DNA of 53,703 bases from Octopus sinensis (taxonomy: Eukaryota): NCBI RefSeq assembly GCF_006345805.1, contig NW_021834308.1, positions 1 to 53,703 on the forward strand. The letters run 5' to 3'. Position 1 is the first letter of the stretch. Every line of letters begins with the position of its first letter. The position numbers and the translations under genes are program-made. The notes under the pieces were generated by a model, which saw only the letters and a program-made list of their open reading frames with translations, did no database searches and had not been told where the DNA came from. Shown in pieces: positions 25,760 through 39,853 of this stretch.

Positions 25760-25906
25760 TACGCTGAGTTCAAATTATGCTGAGGTCGGCTTTGCCTTTA
25801 ATCCTTTCGGGGTCGATGAAATAAGTACCAGTCGAGTAATGGTGTTGATGTAATCGACTTACCCCTCCACCGAAATTGTTGGCCTTGTGCAAAAAATTGG
25901 AAACCA
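25760..25906 (+). mobile_element. SINE family C 3' fragment
   Basis: GCTGAGTTCAAATT...CCTTTCGGGGTCGATGAAATAAGTACCAG. Confidence 0.8.
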
Positions 25907-25999
25907 GTACTAATCTTCTCTACTATAAAACCTTTTTTGGAAACCCATGAAGCAGAGTAAAACACGCCTACCTTCACAGCCATAGGTAAGCTGTGAGAT

Positions 26000-27660
26000 A
26001 ATCCTCACAATGGATTTGGATAATAACAGGATCCGAGCGGCACGCAACTAGCTTTTGATATAATTATTCGCATCAGAAATGCCCTACGCAAGTAAAGAAC
26101 TATTCGTAACTCAGCACACATTACAATTAGGTCCGACTGACACAGATATTTTGCCTGCATGCCCTTCGGTAGCACTCCCAAGCCAGGGATTTCTGGAAAT
26201 TGTTCATAGTTCTCGTGTTGAAACTCCTTTGGAATAAGCTTTTCAGGTTATTTCGTTGACGCTCATACTGTCCCCAAGATTTGAAAGACCAGCGGGAGAA
26301 TCGCTCTACTGATAGAACATTGTCAGTGACGAAAACTCTCTAGAAGCCATCCAGCTAATGTTTCGCTTCACTTGACCTAGATCTCCTACTCTTTCAAAGA
26401 GACAAGCTAGGAAAAAAAACAGAAGAAAAATACTTCACAAACATCGACCACACTATATCATACGGGAATCCTTCAGGAACCGTTGTAGGAGTCGTATTTT
26501 CTCCGAATATTTACACATCACGAGCCGTGACATACCGAAATCTTCGTTCAGAGTATAGTGGCAGCAGGTATATTTTCTGAATAATGAATACCATCCTTTC
26601 TAAAAGAAGCCAAACGGAAAAAAACACAAAACAAAAACACCGCTCTAATTTGGCCATATGAGAAGTTGGCCAGAACATGCATGTCTGACAGGTGATAATG
26701 AATAGTGGAGGCAATATATGCCTCCTCCTTTTTTTTTATTTCCGCCATATGCACACGACATATCATGAAGAACTTCCTTTCTCAGCTCATTCTTAGGCGA
26801 ATCTGGGGATTCTGCCGACAACTTTGCTTCATTTCCTACACACAAAGGTGTTTGGTTGTAGCCAGCCCTTGCGCATCTCAAAAGAGCCCACGGAATTGAG
26901 ATCCGTAATGTTGGTAGGCTATAACAGGGCTCTTGAAGTGTCAAGCTATGAAGCCATCTTGGGTAAAGCATGCTCCTATAACTACCTAATAAATTGAAGT
27001 GCCGACCGCCTGAATTTCCCTATCGTATCTGGCAGCATGGTGACGTCTTCAGTGTATGGTGACAAAAATATCTCGTATCTCAATTTAACAAAATGTTTAA
27101 CTCTGCCTTCAGCAATGGTGTGGAATGGAAATTGTAAAGAACTACCCCTTGTACGCCTTCCTTTTCAAATGCATCTTCTTACGTACCGTCTAACAATACT
27201 GGAAATTATTCCTGTTTGTCGTCTGCGGCCATCGACGTCTGCCATAAGAAGGCCTAACAGATATCGACGTAATCAGGCCCATCAAACCAGACGGTCTAAC
27301 CTCCCACCGCCATTCATTACAATACTTATCTCAGCTGCTGTAATAGGCTTTTCCAAACCATGCAACACATCTGCTGAGTGATGTTGCAGGCCGTCGAGTT
27401 ACGTATCAAAATCCACCATTATCATAGTCACTACCCTCGTACGGTTGGAAAAATCTACTCAAAGTTTATACACTTCTACCTGAAATGGAAAAGATGCGAC
27501 CGTCGAATCCACCAAAGAACTAATTGTGGCTTACTTATCAGTCCGCGTCTCTGCTGCTCGATCATAACGAACAGTTCTTTCCCGTTCTTTGCGTTACCAG
27601 TTCTTTGCGTTACGAGAGCTAAAGCGGGATGTCTTCCATATATCACTTCTTGTCTGTTGT
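26000..27660 (-). mobile_element. Degenerate L1/Tx1-clade LINE ORF2 with internal RT deletion
   Basis: Minus-strand motifs: EKPITAAEI (27328-27353), a PGLDG-like segment, ADVDGRRRQTGII, NFHSTPLLKAELNIL (equivalent to NFRPITLLNAELKIL) and SPYTEDVT (27036-27063, equivalent to SAYADDVT). Boundaries are approximate. Confidence 0.72.
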
Positions 27661-27765
27661 TTAGCTAAACATTTAACCTTTTGTTGTTATCTTATCCATC
27701 GGTATATGATGAATGACAAAGTCAACCTTGACGAATTTGATCTCAGCCTAACAAAATGCCGTCCA

Positions 27766-27766
27766 A

Positions 27767-27819
<53 letters not shown>

Positions 27820-27839
27820 ATACTAATACTACCACCACC

Positions 27840-27872
<33 letters not shown>

Positions 27873-27873
27873 G

Positions 27874-27911
<38 letters not shown>

Positions 27912-27945
27912 GATGATGATGATGATGATAATGATAATGATGATA
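27766..27945. repeat. Compound (ACT)/(ACC)/(GAT) microsatellite
   Basis: Direct inspection. Confidence 0.95.
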
Positions 27946-28209
27946 TAGGCAGAGGGAAAAAAATCGGGTAGCGAGGAGTTAGTCGATTAAATCGAATCCA
28001 GCACTTCACACATAATTATGTCCCAAAAAAAACGACGACGACAACACCACCAACAAGAATGGCCTTAAGTGAGGACTGGGATGATGATGATGATGATGAT
28101 GGACTCGTTGTTAATGTAGTTATTGTTGCTCTTGTTGATTTTTATTGAGAAGAAAATGGTGTATAATGCAAGGGATTATGATGATGATGATGATGATGAT
28201 TACGACGAA

Positions 28210-28254
<45 letters not shown>

Positions 28255-28570
28255 CATACTTTATTGTATTTATATAGGGTAATAAGACAAAAACCTTTAT
28301 TGTTCTGTCTACTTTCTAACTATTAGCTAAACTTCAATTTAGAATTTTTTTTATTCGAATCTTTGAATTTTTAAAATAAAATTGATTCGTCTTCCTTCGA
28401 AATGTTTCCTGTTTAATATTTTATATTTATTATATTTATTTCAAAACTAGAAACTTTCCCTTTTTTTAAAAAAAAACAAAACATAAGAAAAAGAATAAAA
28501 ACAGAAAGATAATAATGAGAAGTAAAGGAATCCGATTGAAATTTATATTTCAAGTATGTAGACACACACG

Positions 28571-28645
<75 letters not shown>

Positions 28646-28692
28646 TATATATATATAACATATACATATTAAATATATATATATAATATATA

Positions 28693-28727
<35 letters not shown>

Positions 28728-29227
28728 GTAAATGCGCACGTACTTAAATAAGCATATACATAGAGACACACACTCGCACATACACATACACACATATATA
28801 TGCATATATATATGTGCCTATACTTATGAGCGTAGACACATTATATATATATATATGTATATATATATGTATGTATGTATGTATGGATGGATGTATATAG
28901 ATATGTGTGTGTGTGTGTGGAGGGTGTTGATAGTATTAATTTGTGATTTTCAATATATTTCGTTTGTGTACTTTTAGTTTTAACATAATAAAACAGCGAT
29001 ATTGGGTGTGAAATATAGCACTTAAAATCGTATGAATATAAAATTGCCCTAAAATAATGATATAAAAAACCTGTTGCATTTTATTAAAAATAAACAAACA
29101 TATATACACACACAACGTGTGTGTGTGTATGTATATATTATATATATATATGTACATATATATATAAATATAAACATATATATATTTATATAAATTATAC
29201 TCCCTAATATTATTATTATTATTATCA

Positions 29228-29285
<58 letters not shown>

Positions 29286-29380
29286 ATATATCACAGACAG
29301 ATCTACACTCACAAACATACGTATACGTACATATATTCTCATAAATATATACGAGATCTTCCTTTCAGCTCTGAGTTTAC

Positions 29381-29606
<226 letters not shown>

Positions 29607-29930
29607 AATGTATGTATATATGCATCTATGTATGTATGTATAAGGTGTGTGTTTGTGTGTGTAGGTGCCGTAGCCGACTCCCATACTTATTGTTGGTGAT
29701 GACTTTAACGATGATAAAAGTGAGGGTGATTATGACGATGATGTTGATGGTAGTGATGATGGTGAAAGATGGATGACGAACGATTATTGTCGATGATTAG
29801 CAGACAAATGAATCAAACATGAACTAAAAATAAAGAAATAATTAAAAATAATTGATTTACATTTTCAGTGTAAAATGTTAATTAAAATAGATTAATGCCT
29901 GGGGTATGACCAGGTTTTTGAACCATTGTT

Positions 29931-29947
29931 GCTGGTGGTGGTGGTGG

Positions 29948-30026
<79 letters not shown>

Positions 30027-30062
30027 CTTCTGCTGCTGCTGCCGCTTCTGCTACTGCTGCTG

Positions 30063-30127
<65 letters not shown>

Positions 30128-30146
30128 ACTACTGCTGCTGCTGCTG
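29931..30146. repeat. Compound (GGT)/(ACT)/(GCT) microsatellite
   Basis: Direct inspection. Confidence 0.95.
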
Positions 30147-30279
30147 AATTTCCCTCTATTAATTAGTGGTGTAATACGTATATATAAACGTAATAAGGGG
30201 AGGTGAACTCTTTCTTTCCCCCTCTCTCTGTCTATACACACACACACTTACATATATACTTATAATATTATTTACATAT

Positions 30280-30327
<48 letters not shown>

Positions 30328-30700
30328 ATATATGTATATATGTGTACATATATGCTTGTACATACATATACATCTTTTATCTTACACTGTTAATTGTTCT
30401 AGTTATTAGACTGCTGCTACGCTGTAAATTAGTATGCGACCACATATCATAGCACCATAAAACGCAAAGAAAATCAACATAAAACTTTAAGCAGTTAAAT
30501 CAAAGGATATTATAGTGAAAGCCCCAAAGAAACTGCACCGGTATTATATTAAGGTTGTAATTGCAACAGCTAGTAAGGGATGCAATATAAACAGGTGTAG
30601 GTTTATTTGAGGCTGTATATTAAAAAATGTAATTAAATGTAATGCTAATGCTACTTCGTAATAATCCTTGTTGTTGATGTTGTTGTTGTTGTTATTATTA

Positions 30701-30751
<51 letters not shown>

Positions 30752-30771
30752 TATTATTATTATTATATATG

Positions 30772-30868
30772 TGTGGCGGGCTTTTTTTCTGTTTCCCTCA
30801 ACCAAGTCCGCTCTCAAGGCTTTGGTCGACTCGAGGCTATATAGTAAAACATACTTGCCGAAGGTGTC
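30772..30868 (-). mobile_element. SINE family A fragment
   Basis: CAAGGCTTTGGTCGACTCGAGGCTATA...ACTTGCC motif. Confidence 0.7.
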
Positions 30869-30949
30869 TGGACTCTGAGATACTAGAGTACTATTTCGAA
30901 GGGTTTTCTCGATCATACTAGTTTCAGCGTTTATTTTAGTATTTATTTA

Positions 30950-32060
30950 CGGATGTGCAATAATCATCCGTGTGCAGATAATTCGTCGACAGACAATTCG
31001 CCACCGGACAATTCACCGATTGGACAATAAGTCGACATGCGGAAGTATCGATCATGGAGTTCATCAAAACGGAACGAGGAGGCAGAGAGCTTCTATACAA
31101 AGAGTATACCTATATTATTGATAGAACCAGAAAAGAAAAGACTTACTGGAGATATGCAAATCGTAAACTGTGCAGCGCTAGACTGACAACGACTGACGAT
31201 GAAATTAGCACAACTCCTTCTGAACACGAACATCCTCCTACGCCGATTGAAAATCACGCTGAAAAAGTTAAGGAAGAAATAAAGCTTCTTGCTGGACGAG
31301 CTGAACAATTGCCGCGTTCTATAGTTGAAGCCGTAGCTTCCGATATCTCCTTGAGCGTTGCCGGGTGTTCTCCGAAAATGGAATCTCTTAAATGTAGAGT
31401 GCGACGGGAAAGACCAGTTATTAATGAGGATGAATTGTATAAAGCGCCAAGAGGTGATCATTTTTTACTGTATAGAAATGACGAGGTTTCTATATTTGGT
31501 ACTGTGGAAAATTTAGAAATTTTATCCAAGAAAAGTGAGTGGTTTTGTAATGGAACGTTTCACTGAGCTCCTTCAGTTATACACGATCTATGCACGTGTA
31601 TTTGTGAAAGTAAAACAGTGCCTCTACTTGCATAAAAACCAATAAATCTGAAGCAAATTACGATTTGGTATTTAAATTTATTAAAGAAGAAAGGAATTTG
31701 AGTGTAAAATCAATTACAGTTGACTTTGAGAAAGCAGCTATGAAAAGCATTAAAAAACAATTTCCCTCACGTTTCTGTGTTTGGTTGTTTTTCCCACTTC
31801 GGACAGTGTTTATAACGCAAGATACAGAATACGGGTTTACAAACGTGGTATACCGGAAGAGAAAATGCATTTATTAGGAAACAGCTGGAAGCGTCAGCTT
31901 TCGTACCACCTAATGATGTAGCAATTCCGAACTATTCCTTCATTCTTTAAGTGCTGAAACTGATGAAATTTTGGAAGAATTCCTGTCTTATTTTGAGTGT
32001 ACTTGAGTAGGAATCATGCAACGTGGTAGATGTCGACGACCATTATACGACATTTCTTAA
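30950..32060 (+). mobile_element. Mutator-like (MULE) DNA transposon relic with FLYWCH zinc finger and disrupted transposase
   Basis: ORF 31054-31566 has the FLYWCH pattern (F..L..Y..YWRY..C..HEH) and ends FCNGTFH*. Downstream frames give QLYTIYA, ITVDFEKAAMKSIKKQFP, GCFSHFGQCL*RKIQ, SAFVPPNDV and EEFLSYFECT*. Subterminal 15-bp repeats lie at 30977-31037. Confidence 0.88.
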
Positions 32061-32899
32061 AATGCATCCTCACACAATTAAGGGGTATACAATTAGCAAA
32101 ATCCACATACTATTTATGTTTAGATTTCGAAAAGAAAAAAAAATTATTGTGACAGACAATAAAATTAACCGGGGTAAGCTAGAGCACTTACATTGACATA
32201 GGAAAATCTTTTTTTTTTTTGTAGAAGGGCTAGCTTCAAAATATATATTAAATTTACACGCAAATGGAATACACAGGAGTCAATGCCTCACAAACTATCC
32301 AGCCTTTTTTCCACATTAGCTACAACAAAAATAAATGGAGGAATCCGACTCTCCGGTCTTTCTATCTATCACGTAATTTAAAAAAAGAAAGCAATTGTTT
32401 TTGTGTGGTTTTTAGCTTTCTTCCTTGAAAAATCGCTTCAAGCTCTGATACGTACGCGCACTTCTTCCACATTCTTCTCGACTTTAGATATGCATTCTCA
32501 ACTACTTCTCGTTTTTATCAGTTTCTCAATAACCTTTAGACACGCCAATTTACCTGCGCATTTCAGTTTTGAATTTTCTACATAACTTCGGTAACAGAAC
32601 TCGTAATTTTTCTCAGAGAACTGGTAAATGTTTCTTTTCAGCAGTATCTTTTCCTGAAATTAAATATTCTCTTCCTTTTTTCAACTCTTTGGATTCACAT
32701 CCTTTCTCACATATTGTTTCTTCTTTTGTTCACGTCTCCCATGTAACAGCGTTTATCAAGCATTTGCTCTCGCTTATTGACACTCTCCACCTTCCTTGTA
32801 CTTTTCTGTTTACCTGATGCGCACCCGCTCTCACACACCTATATTCACCCTTTCTTCTTAATAATTAACCCTAATAAATACACACCATTACCTCATCCA

Positions 32900-33270
32900 A
32901 ATCCAAGCCACTATACTTCCACACTTCCACACTTATAGGTACCCAATAAAATTCCCCAGCCAAACTTCTCCATATGACCGTCTCGCTCGAAACATGGATA
33001 CACTCCTATCTCTGCACATACACCCTATCCCCTCTCTCCTTTACCATTCATCATAACTCCTCTGTAGAAGCACTTTTCCACCTGCCTCCTAATCTATCGT
33101 CCTTTCTCCTCTCTCTGTCTCTCAATTTTCCCATGCTTTTCACTTTCATCTGATAAATTACTATCGTCCGAAACGTTACCACTTATTCCCAACGTTTTAA
33201 GTGTTAGGCTGATACAGTGTTTGTTTAAACATGTCCTTCTTTGTTGTAGTTTTTAGTTCTTGTGTTGTTG
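32900..33270 (+). mobile_element. Probable Penelope-like terminal relic
   Basis: Pyrimidine-rich tract, then CTGATAAATTACTATCGTCCGAAACGTTA (33150-33178), then a tract resembling the reverse complement of 6695-6770. Confidence 0.5.
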
Positions 33271-33371
33271 ATATTGTTAATTGAATATAGAGTCATTAAA
33301 CCTCCCAAATATGATTTCAGCATGTAAAGTAATGTAGATTTAAAGAAAAAGTATATTAATAATAACCATTA

Positions 33372-33532
33372 GGGGCAGGAGTGGCTGTGTGGTAAGAAGC
33401 TTGCTTACGAACCACATGGTTCCGGGTTCAGTCCCATTGTGTAGCGCCTTGGGCGAGTGTCGTCTACTATAGCTCAGGCCGACCAAATCCTTGTGAGTGG
33501 ATCTGTTAGACGGAAACTGAAAGAAGCCCGTC

Positions 33533-33571
<39 letters not shown>

Positions 33572-33817
33572 CGTGTGTATGTGTGTGTGTGTATGTGTGT
33601 ATGTGTGTATGTGTGTATGTCTGTGTTTGTCACCCCAACATCGGTGGTGTGTTTACGTCCCCGTAACTTAGCGGTTCGGCAAAAGCGACCGATAGAATAA
33701 GTACTAGGCTTACAAAAAATAAGTCCTGGGTTCGATTTGCTCCACTAAAGGTGGTGCTCCAGCATGGCCACAGTCAAATGACTGAAACGAGTAAAAGAGT
33801 AAAAGAGTAAAAGAGTA
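33372..33817 (+). mobile_element. SINE family A, full length, young-looking
   Basis: Head GGGGCAGGAGTGGCTGTGTGGTAAGAAGC with GGTTCCGGGTTCAGTCCC B-box-like motif; internal (TA)/(TG) array; tail (GAGTAAAA)x3. Confidence 0.95.
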
Positions 33818-33849
33818 TTTATTTCCAAATGATATTTTGTGCTACTTCG

Positions 33850-34230
33850 TCAGGAGGCATAGTGTTTTTAACACGAGTTCGTAGACAAGCTCAAGATGAA
33901 TTTTAAATTGCATTTCGCAATATAAACACTGGTGTGATGTGAAGCGTAGAGCTTCTAATATTTAATATATCTTCATATCCAGATGGTCAACGATATTGAT
34001 TACATAATAAGGATTTAAAGCTTATCTTAATCTTCAATTGTAGCCGGAGATTTCCAACAGCGTTTTTGATGTTTTTCCCCATTTGAAAGCATGCAACTTC
34101 TCTTCTTCCTGTTAAATTTTAACCAACATGAAGCCTGATAACGAACAGATAATAATTGCTTCATAATACTTGGCTGGATTATATAATTGAGTTCAAAATG
34201 CAGGGACAACCAAAAAGGCATAGAAAATAC
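33850..34230 (-). mobile_element. Possible highly decayed hAT-type transposase fragment
   Basis: Only a weak resemblance in manual translation (SGFMLVK, SKTLL, LVYELV); no diagnostic motif is intact. Confidence 0.25.
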
Positions 34231-34849
34231 ATATGTAATGTTTTCCGTTACTTAGTAATTACGAAGTTTTTTAAATATCCAGGTTTTGGTAAACATGTAT
34301 AACAGCATTTCATTCTTTTTAGAAATCGCCAGCATGACGGAATTCGAAGAATATAGATTAAAAATTTTATGTAGTGAGAAAGGGAAAATAATTGGAAAGG
34401 GAAAATAATAAAAATATTCGTATAGAATATATCATAATACAGCAGCATTATCATACACTTGTAGGTAAAGAAAAAAATATGCCACAGTCAAGGGCTCACA
34501 TATACGTATATATTTGCATGTATATAGAAATGTGCATGTCTGTACGCATGTAAGCATTTCAACATATATAACAATTCATTCATACGAATATGCATGTATG
34601 ACCACATGAATACATATGGCAATGTGCTGAAATATATCTACACACACACGAACATACATGCACACACAAATGCATACACATATAAATGTATAAGCGTGTG
34701 CCAGCGCGCACACAAGCATATTTATATATATTTACACATATATATTCGTAAATGTGATGTTGTATACGTATCAAGAGGAATTTCATTATGTACATATGGA
34801 AAATTAATTACAAAGTAAAGTACCAAGAAACCATAGCTTGCTACCTACT

Positions 34850-35016
34850 TACCTACCTGCCTACACACACACACACATACACACACACACATATATTTAC
34901 ATTGAGGAAATATATATATATATGTGGTATGTGTACACGTGTATGTGTGCGAGTATCTGTGTTTGCGTAGATAAACATCTCTGTGCATATATGCATAAAT
35001 ACACACACACACACAT

Positions 35017-35049
<33 letters not shown>

Positions 35050-35178
35050 CATACATATATATATCTGTATATATATACATATATATATATACACATGTAT
35101 ACATATATTACATATATGTATATGTATATAAATGTATGTATGTATATGTATATATATATATATATAATAATATTATAT

Positions 35179-35252
<74 letters not shown>

Positions 35253-36158
35253 TGTCTTCAGACTGAAGATGGAGAAAGAGGAGAGAGAATGCTAATGTCC
35301 AATGGAAAAAATCCGCGCACTTATACATAACACAAATATACAATATATATATATATATATATTATATATATACTTACATATATATATATATATTTATATA
35401 TACTTACATATATGCATGCGCGCCTACATACAAAATAGGAGCTGAAGGAGAGCAGGACATAGAAAGGGTGAGAGAAAGAGAGTAAGGGAGAGGGAGAGAG
35501 ACAGAGACAGAGACAGAAACTGGAGATAATGTCCAAGGGAAAAGAAACCAATAATAGATAAAGCGAAGAGGAACGGCAGAAAAACCCATAAGAAATTCGT
35601 GAAAATGGGAAAGAATGCAAGAGTAAAAGAGAAAGCAAGAACGATAGAGTATCTGAAAGACAATAAAAATAAGGAAAGATAGAAAGAAAAAAAAAAGAAA
35701 AAAAGATAATTTTGATTGCTTTGACAATGTTGACACCCTGCGTTTGGTTCACCAGCAGAGCGAATGACAAGTAACCTTTTAGCCCGGAATAGCTATTAAA
35801 TATGTTCTCAATCCTTTATACGTTAACTTCTTCTTGTTCGTCATCTGTCCTCTCTTCGCCCAGTTGATACAGACACAGAAGATATGTGTGCGCGCGCGTA
35901 CGTATGTGTGTGTGTCTTGTGGGGGATATGGGTTGATTCTGGTGGTGGTGGTGGTGGTGGTGGTTGTGGTAGGAGTGAAGGCAGGAGGGATAGTGGTTGG
36001 GTATTTTCACTGACTTGGCTTGGCTGCCTTGGCTTGGCTTGGCTTGGCTTGGTTTGGCTTGGTCTGGTCTGGTCTGGATGGTTTGGTTTGGCTTGGGTCG
36101 GCTTGGCTTCGTGCACGATGGCCACCGGGTAATTAGCGTGTATGTATGTATATCTATA

Positions 36159-36199
<41 letters not shown>

Positions 36200-36212
36200 A
36201 TGTGTGCGAGTG

Positions 36213-36265
<53 letters not shown>

Positions 36266-36522
36266 GTAATTACACACACATAGATATATAAGTATGGGTA
36301 TGTATATACATATATACAAATATTCACAGTAATAAGTATATATATATATGTATATATGTAAAGATATATATATGCATACATACATACATATGTATAGACA
36401 TATGTATGTATATACGCATATATATAAATATATATATATATACACGCATACATACATGTATACATATATGTATACAGACGTATGTATATATACACGTATA
36501 CGAGACATGTATATTATATATA

Positions 36523-36557
<35 letters not shown>

Positions 36558-36646
36558 GCCTGTATAAACAGAAGTCTACTTGCACATATGTATGTACACT
36601 TATCTTACGTATATGCATGTGTATGTACACCCACACACAAACACAT

Positions 36647-36680
<34 letters not shown>

Positions 36681-37145
36681 TACGTATGCATGTATAGGAT
36701 GGGGGCAAATATGCCTATGTAGATTTGATGTGGGTGAGGGTGCAGGTCGCGATTTGTTCTGCTAAATAACTTATATATCGACTCGAACCAGGTCAAAGCA
36801 TTTACAAGAAAATGAAATGAATGTGTGGAATGTATTTAAGCCAGTGTAAAAGAAAAGAAGGGCATGTTAAGTAGAAAAAGCAAAGAAAATGAAAAACTAA
36901 GAGAGAGATAGATAGATACGAGTGACATAAACAGAAAAACCGGTGAGTGGGAGACGCGAGAAAGAGAGCGAGAAGACAACAAAAAAGGGGAGGTAATTAT
37001 GGGATAAGGAGGAGCGGAATATACATACATACAAATATACATACATACATACATACATGCATACACACATATATACATGCATACATACATATGCATATAT
37101 ATGCATAAATACATGTATATATGCATACGTACATACATGCATACA

Positions 37146-37181
<36 letters not shown>

Positions 37182-37675
37182 TATATTGATATACACACAT
37201 ATATGTACATGTATATCTACATATATGTATATAAGCATATATATATATATATATATATATATACACCTATATATTTCCTATGTGGGTGAATACATATATA
37301 TACATAATATATATATATAATATATATATATATAATATATATATATCTATATATATATATATATATGTACACATATGAAAACACACAATATGTGTATATA
37401 TGAGCACGCGTAAATATAATGTACATACATGCATACACACATATATATGCATACATGCATGTGCGTATATATACACATAAATATTTAACTGTATGTGCGT
37501 GCGCGTGTGTGTGTATGTGTGCACGTTTGCATGCTTGCGCGTGAGTGTGTTTCCTTAAAAACATATAAGTACGGGCATGGGCGTATTAAAGCTAGATTGC
37601 CAAACTGTGTATATACAGTATGCCAGGTATGGTATGTATATACACATGCGTGCGTAAAATATATAGCGGTGGCTG

Positions 37676-37718
<43 letters not shown>

Positions 37719-37862
37719 AAAAATGTCAATCGCAATGTTTTTGTCTCTGTATTAATGTGTAATTGAATATGTGTAATTATAATTTCATATAGGTATGTAT
37801 CCTTGAATGTCAGCCCGCGTAAGTGAAAATATGTAGGTATGAAGTATCCATCGATATATATT

Positions 37863-37893
<31 letters not shown>

Positions 37894-37980
37894 CTGAATG
37901 TATGTATATGTGCCTTGCCTGTTGGATTGCTAACTAAAATGTATTGCAAATAACGAGTGAAATTACACACACACACACAA

Positions 37981-38014
<34 letters not shown>

Positions 38015-38146
38015 CACACACCTATATATATATATATATGAGTATATATGTAGACAGTCTATATATAATTCTCTCTGTCTCTCCGCTCCAACTTCGCTGT
38101 CGCTCTTGCTCCGTCTGATTGACTGTTTGTCTCTCTGTATGTCTAA

Positions 38147-38179
<33 letters not shown>

Positions 38180-38524
38180 CGTATGTATGTATGCATGTAT
38201 GTATGTATATAAGTATGTATGTATGTATGTATGTATGTATGTATGTATGTATGTATGTATATAAGTATGTATGTATGTATGTATGTATGTATGTATGTAT
38301 GTATCTATCTATCTATCTATCTATCGATCTTTTTCCTTTTTTATTTTATTTATTTATTTTTTTTTGTTCTTTTCTCCCCTTTTACGATCCCTCTTGATCG
38401 AAAACCTACGCCACCCCTTTTTTTTTGTTTCTTTTGTTTTTTGTTTTTTTCATCCCCCAAAAGAAAAGCTCTACCTTGTAACTTGTCCCATCTGTGTGCA
38501 GCCCTGCGTGGCCAATAAAGAAAC

Positions 38525-38599
<75 letters not shown>

Positions 38600-38708
38600 A
38601 CTGTATTTATTCTCCCTGTTTCTTCACACTTTTTCTGTATGTATATCTACGTACCCGTCTTTCTGCATATCACACTTTTCCTCTCTCCCTGCCCCCCTCT
38701 CTCTCTCA

Positions 38709-38747
<39 letters not shown>

Positions 38748-38784
38748 TACGATTGACTAATATAAAACATTCTCTATTATGTCT

Positions 38785-38832
<48 letters not shown>

Positions 38833-38926
38833 ATATATATATATTTATGTGTATGTGTGTATATGTAAATATGTATATACACATAAATACACGCACATAT
38901 ATATATATATACATATATGTCTGCAC

Positions 38927-38973
<47 letters not shown>

Positions 38974-39083
38974 GTGTGTGTGTATATGTATGCACATATA
39001 TATATATATATATTATATATATATTATATATATATTATATATATACTTATGTGTGTGTTTTTATGTATGCATATATATATGTA

Positions 39084-39149
<66 letters not shown>

Positions 39150-39804
39150 CATACATACCTTTATATTCCAGTATGAATTCAGCTAGATGCGGGTTGTATT
39201 ATGATTATATCAGTGTAAGTACAAGGGTATTCACATAAATATAAATATACGTTGGATGAAGACGTCTGCATCATTATGTACAATTGTATATATCTATGTA
39301 TGCCTGCTATTATGTAACATATGCTATTATATTAGAAATATGCATATTTCAGATTGAATGTATGCATGTATGGATATACAGTATGTATATATAGCATGTG
39401 TTTGCTCGTATATATATATACATATATATATATATATGTGTGTGTGTGTGTATATATGTTTAGGTACGTGTGTGTATGTGTGTATATGTGTACCTGTATA
39501 TGTAATTATTAAATGTATCTTTGGTTAACATTGTCCTTTTGTAAGTATTCACATAATTACAGTAACTTTGTGATAGTCAATTTGTATATTTATGAATGCA
39601 TATATTTATGCATGTAATTATAACAGGCATGCGTATATATTAGTTTCCATATCTACAATTACGTGTTATATGTAATATAAGATAATAATATGGCCAGATA
39701 AATTTCGATGCAATATCATATACGCTTATGCTTGCACGCCCCATATATATATACGTATATATGTAATATATAATATATATATATATATATATACACACAC
39801 ACTC

Positions 39805-39853
<49 letters not shown>

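Noticed and set aside
26706-26740. GGAGGCA-ATATA-TGCCTCC hairpin followed by a T run (intrinsic terminator or Helitron end look)
   Set aside because: Lies within the L1/Tx1 relic, the context is eukaryotic, and there is no CTRR terminus.
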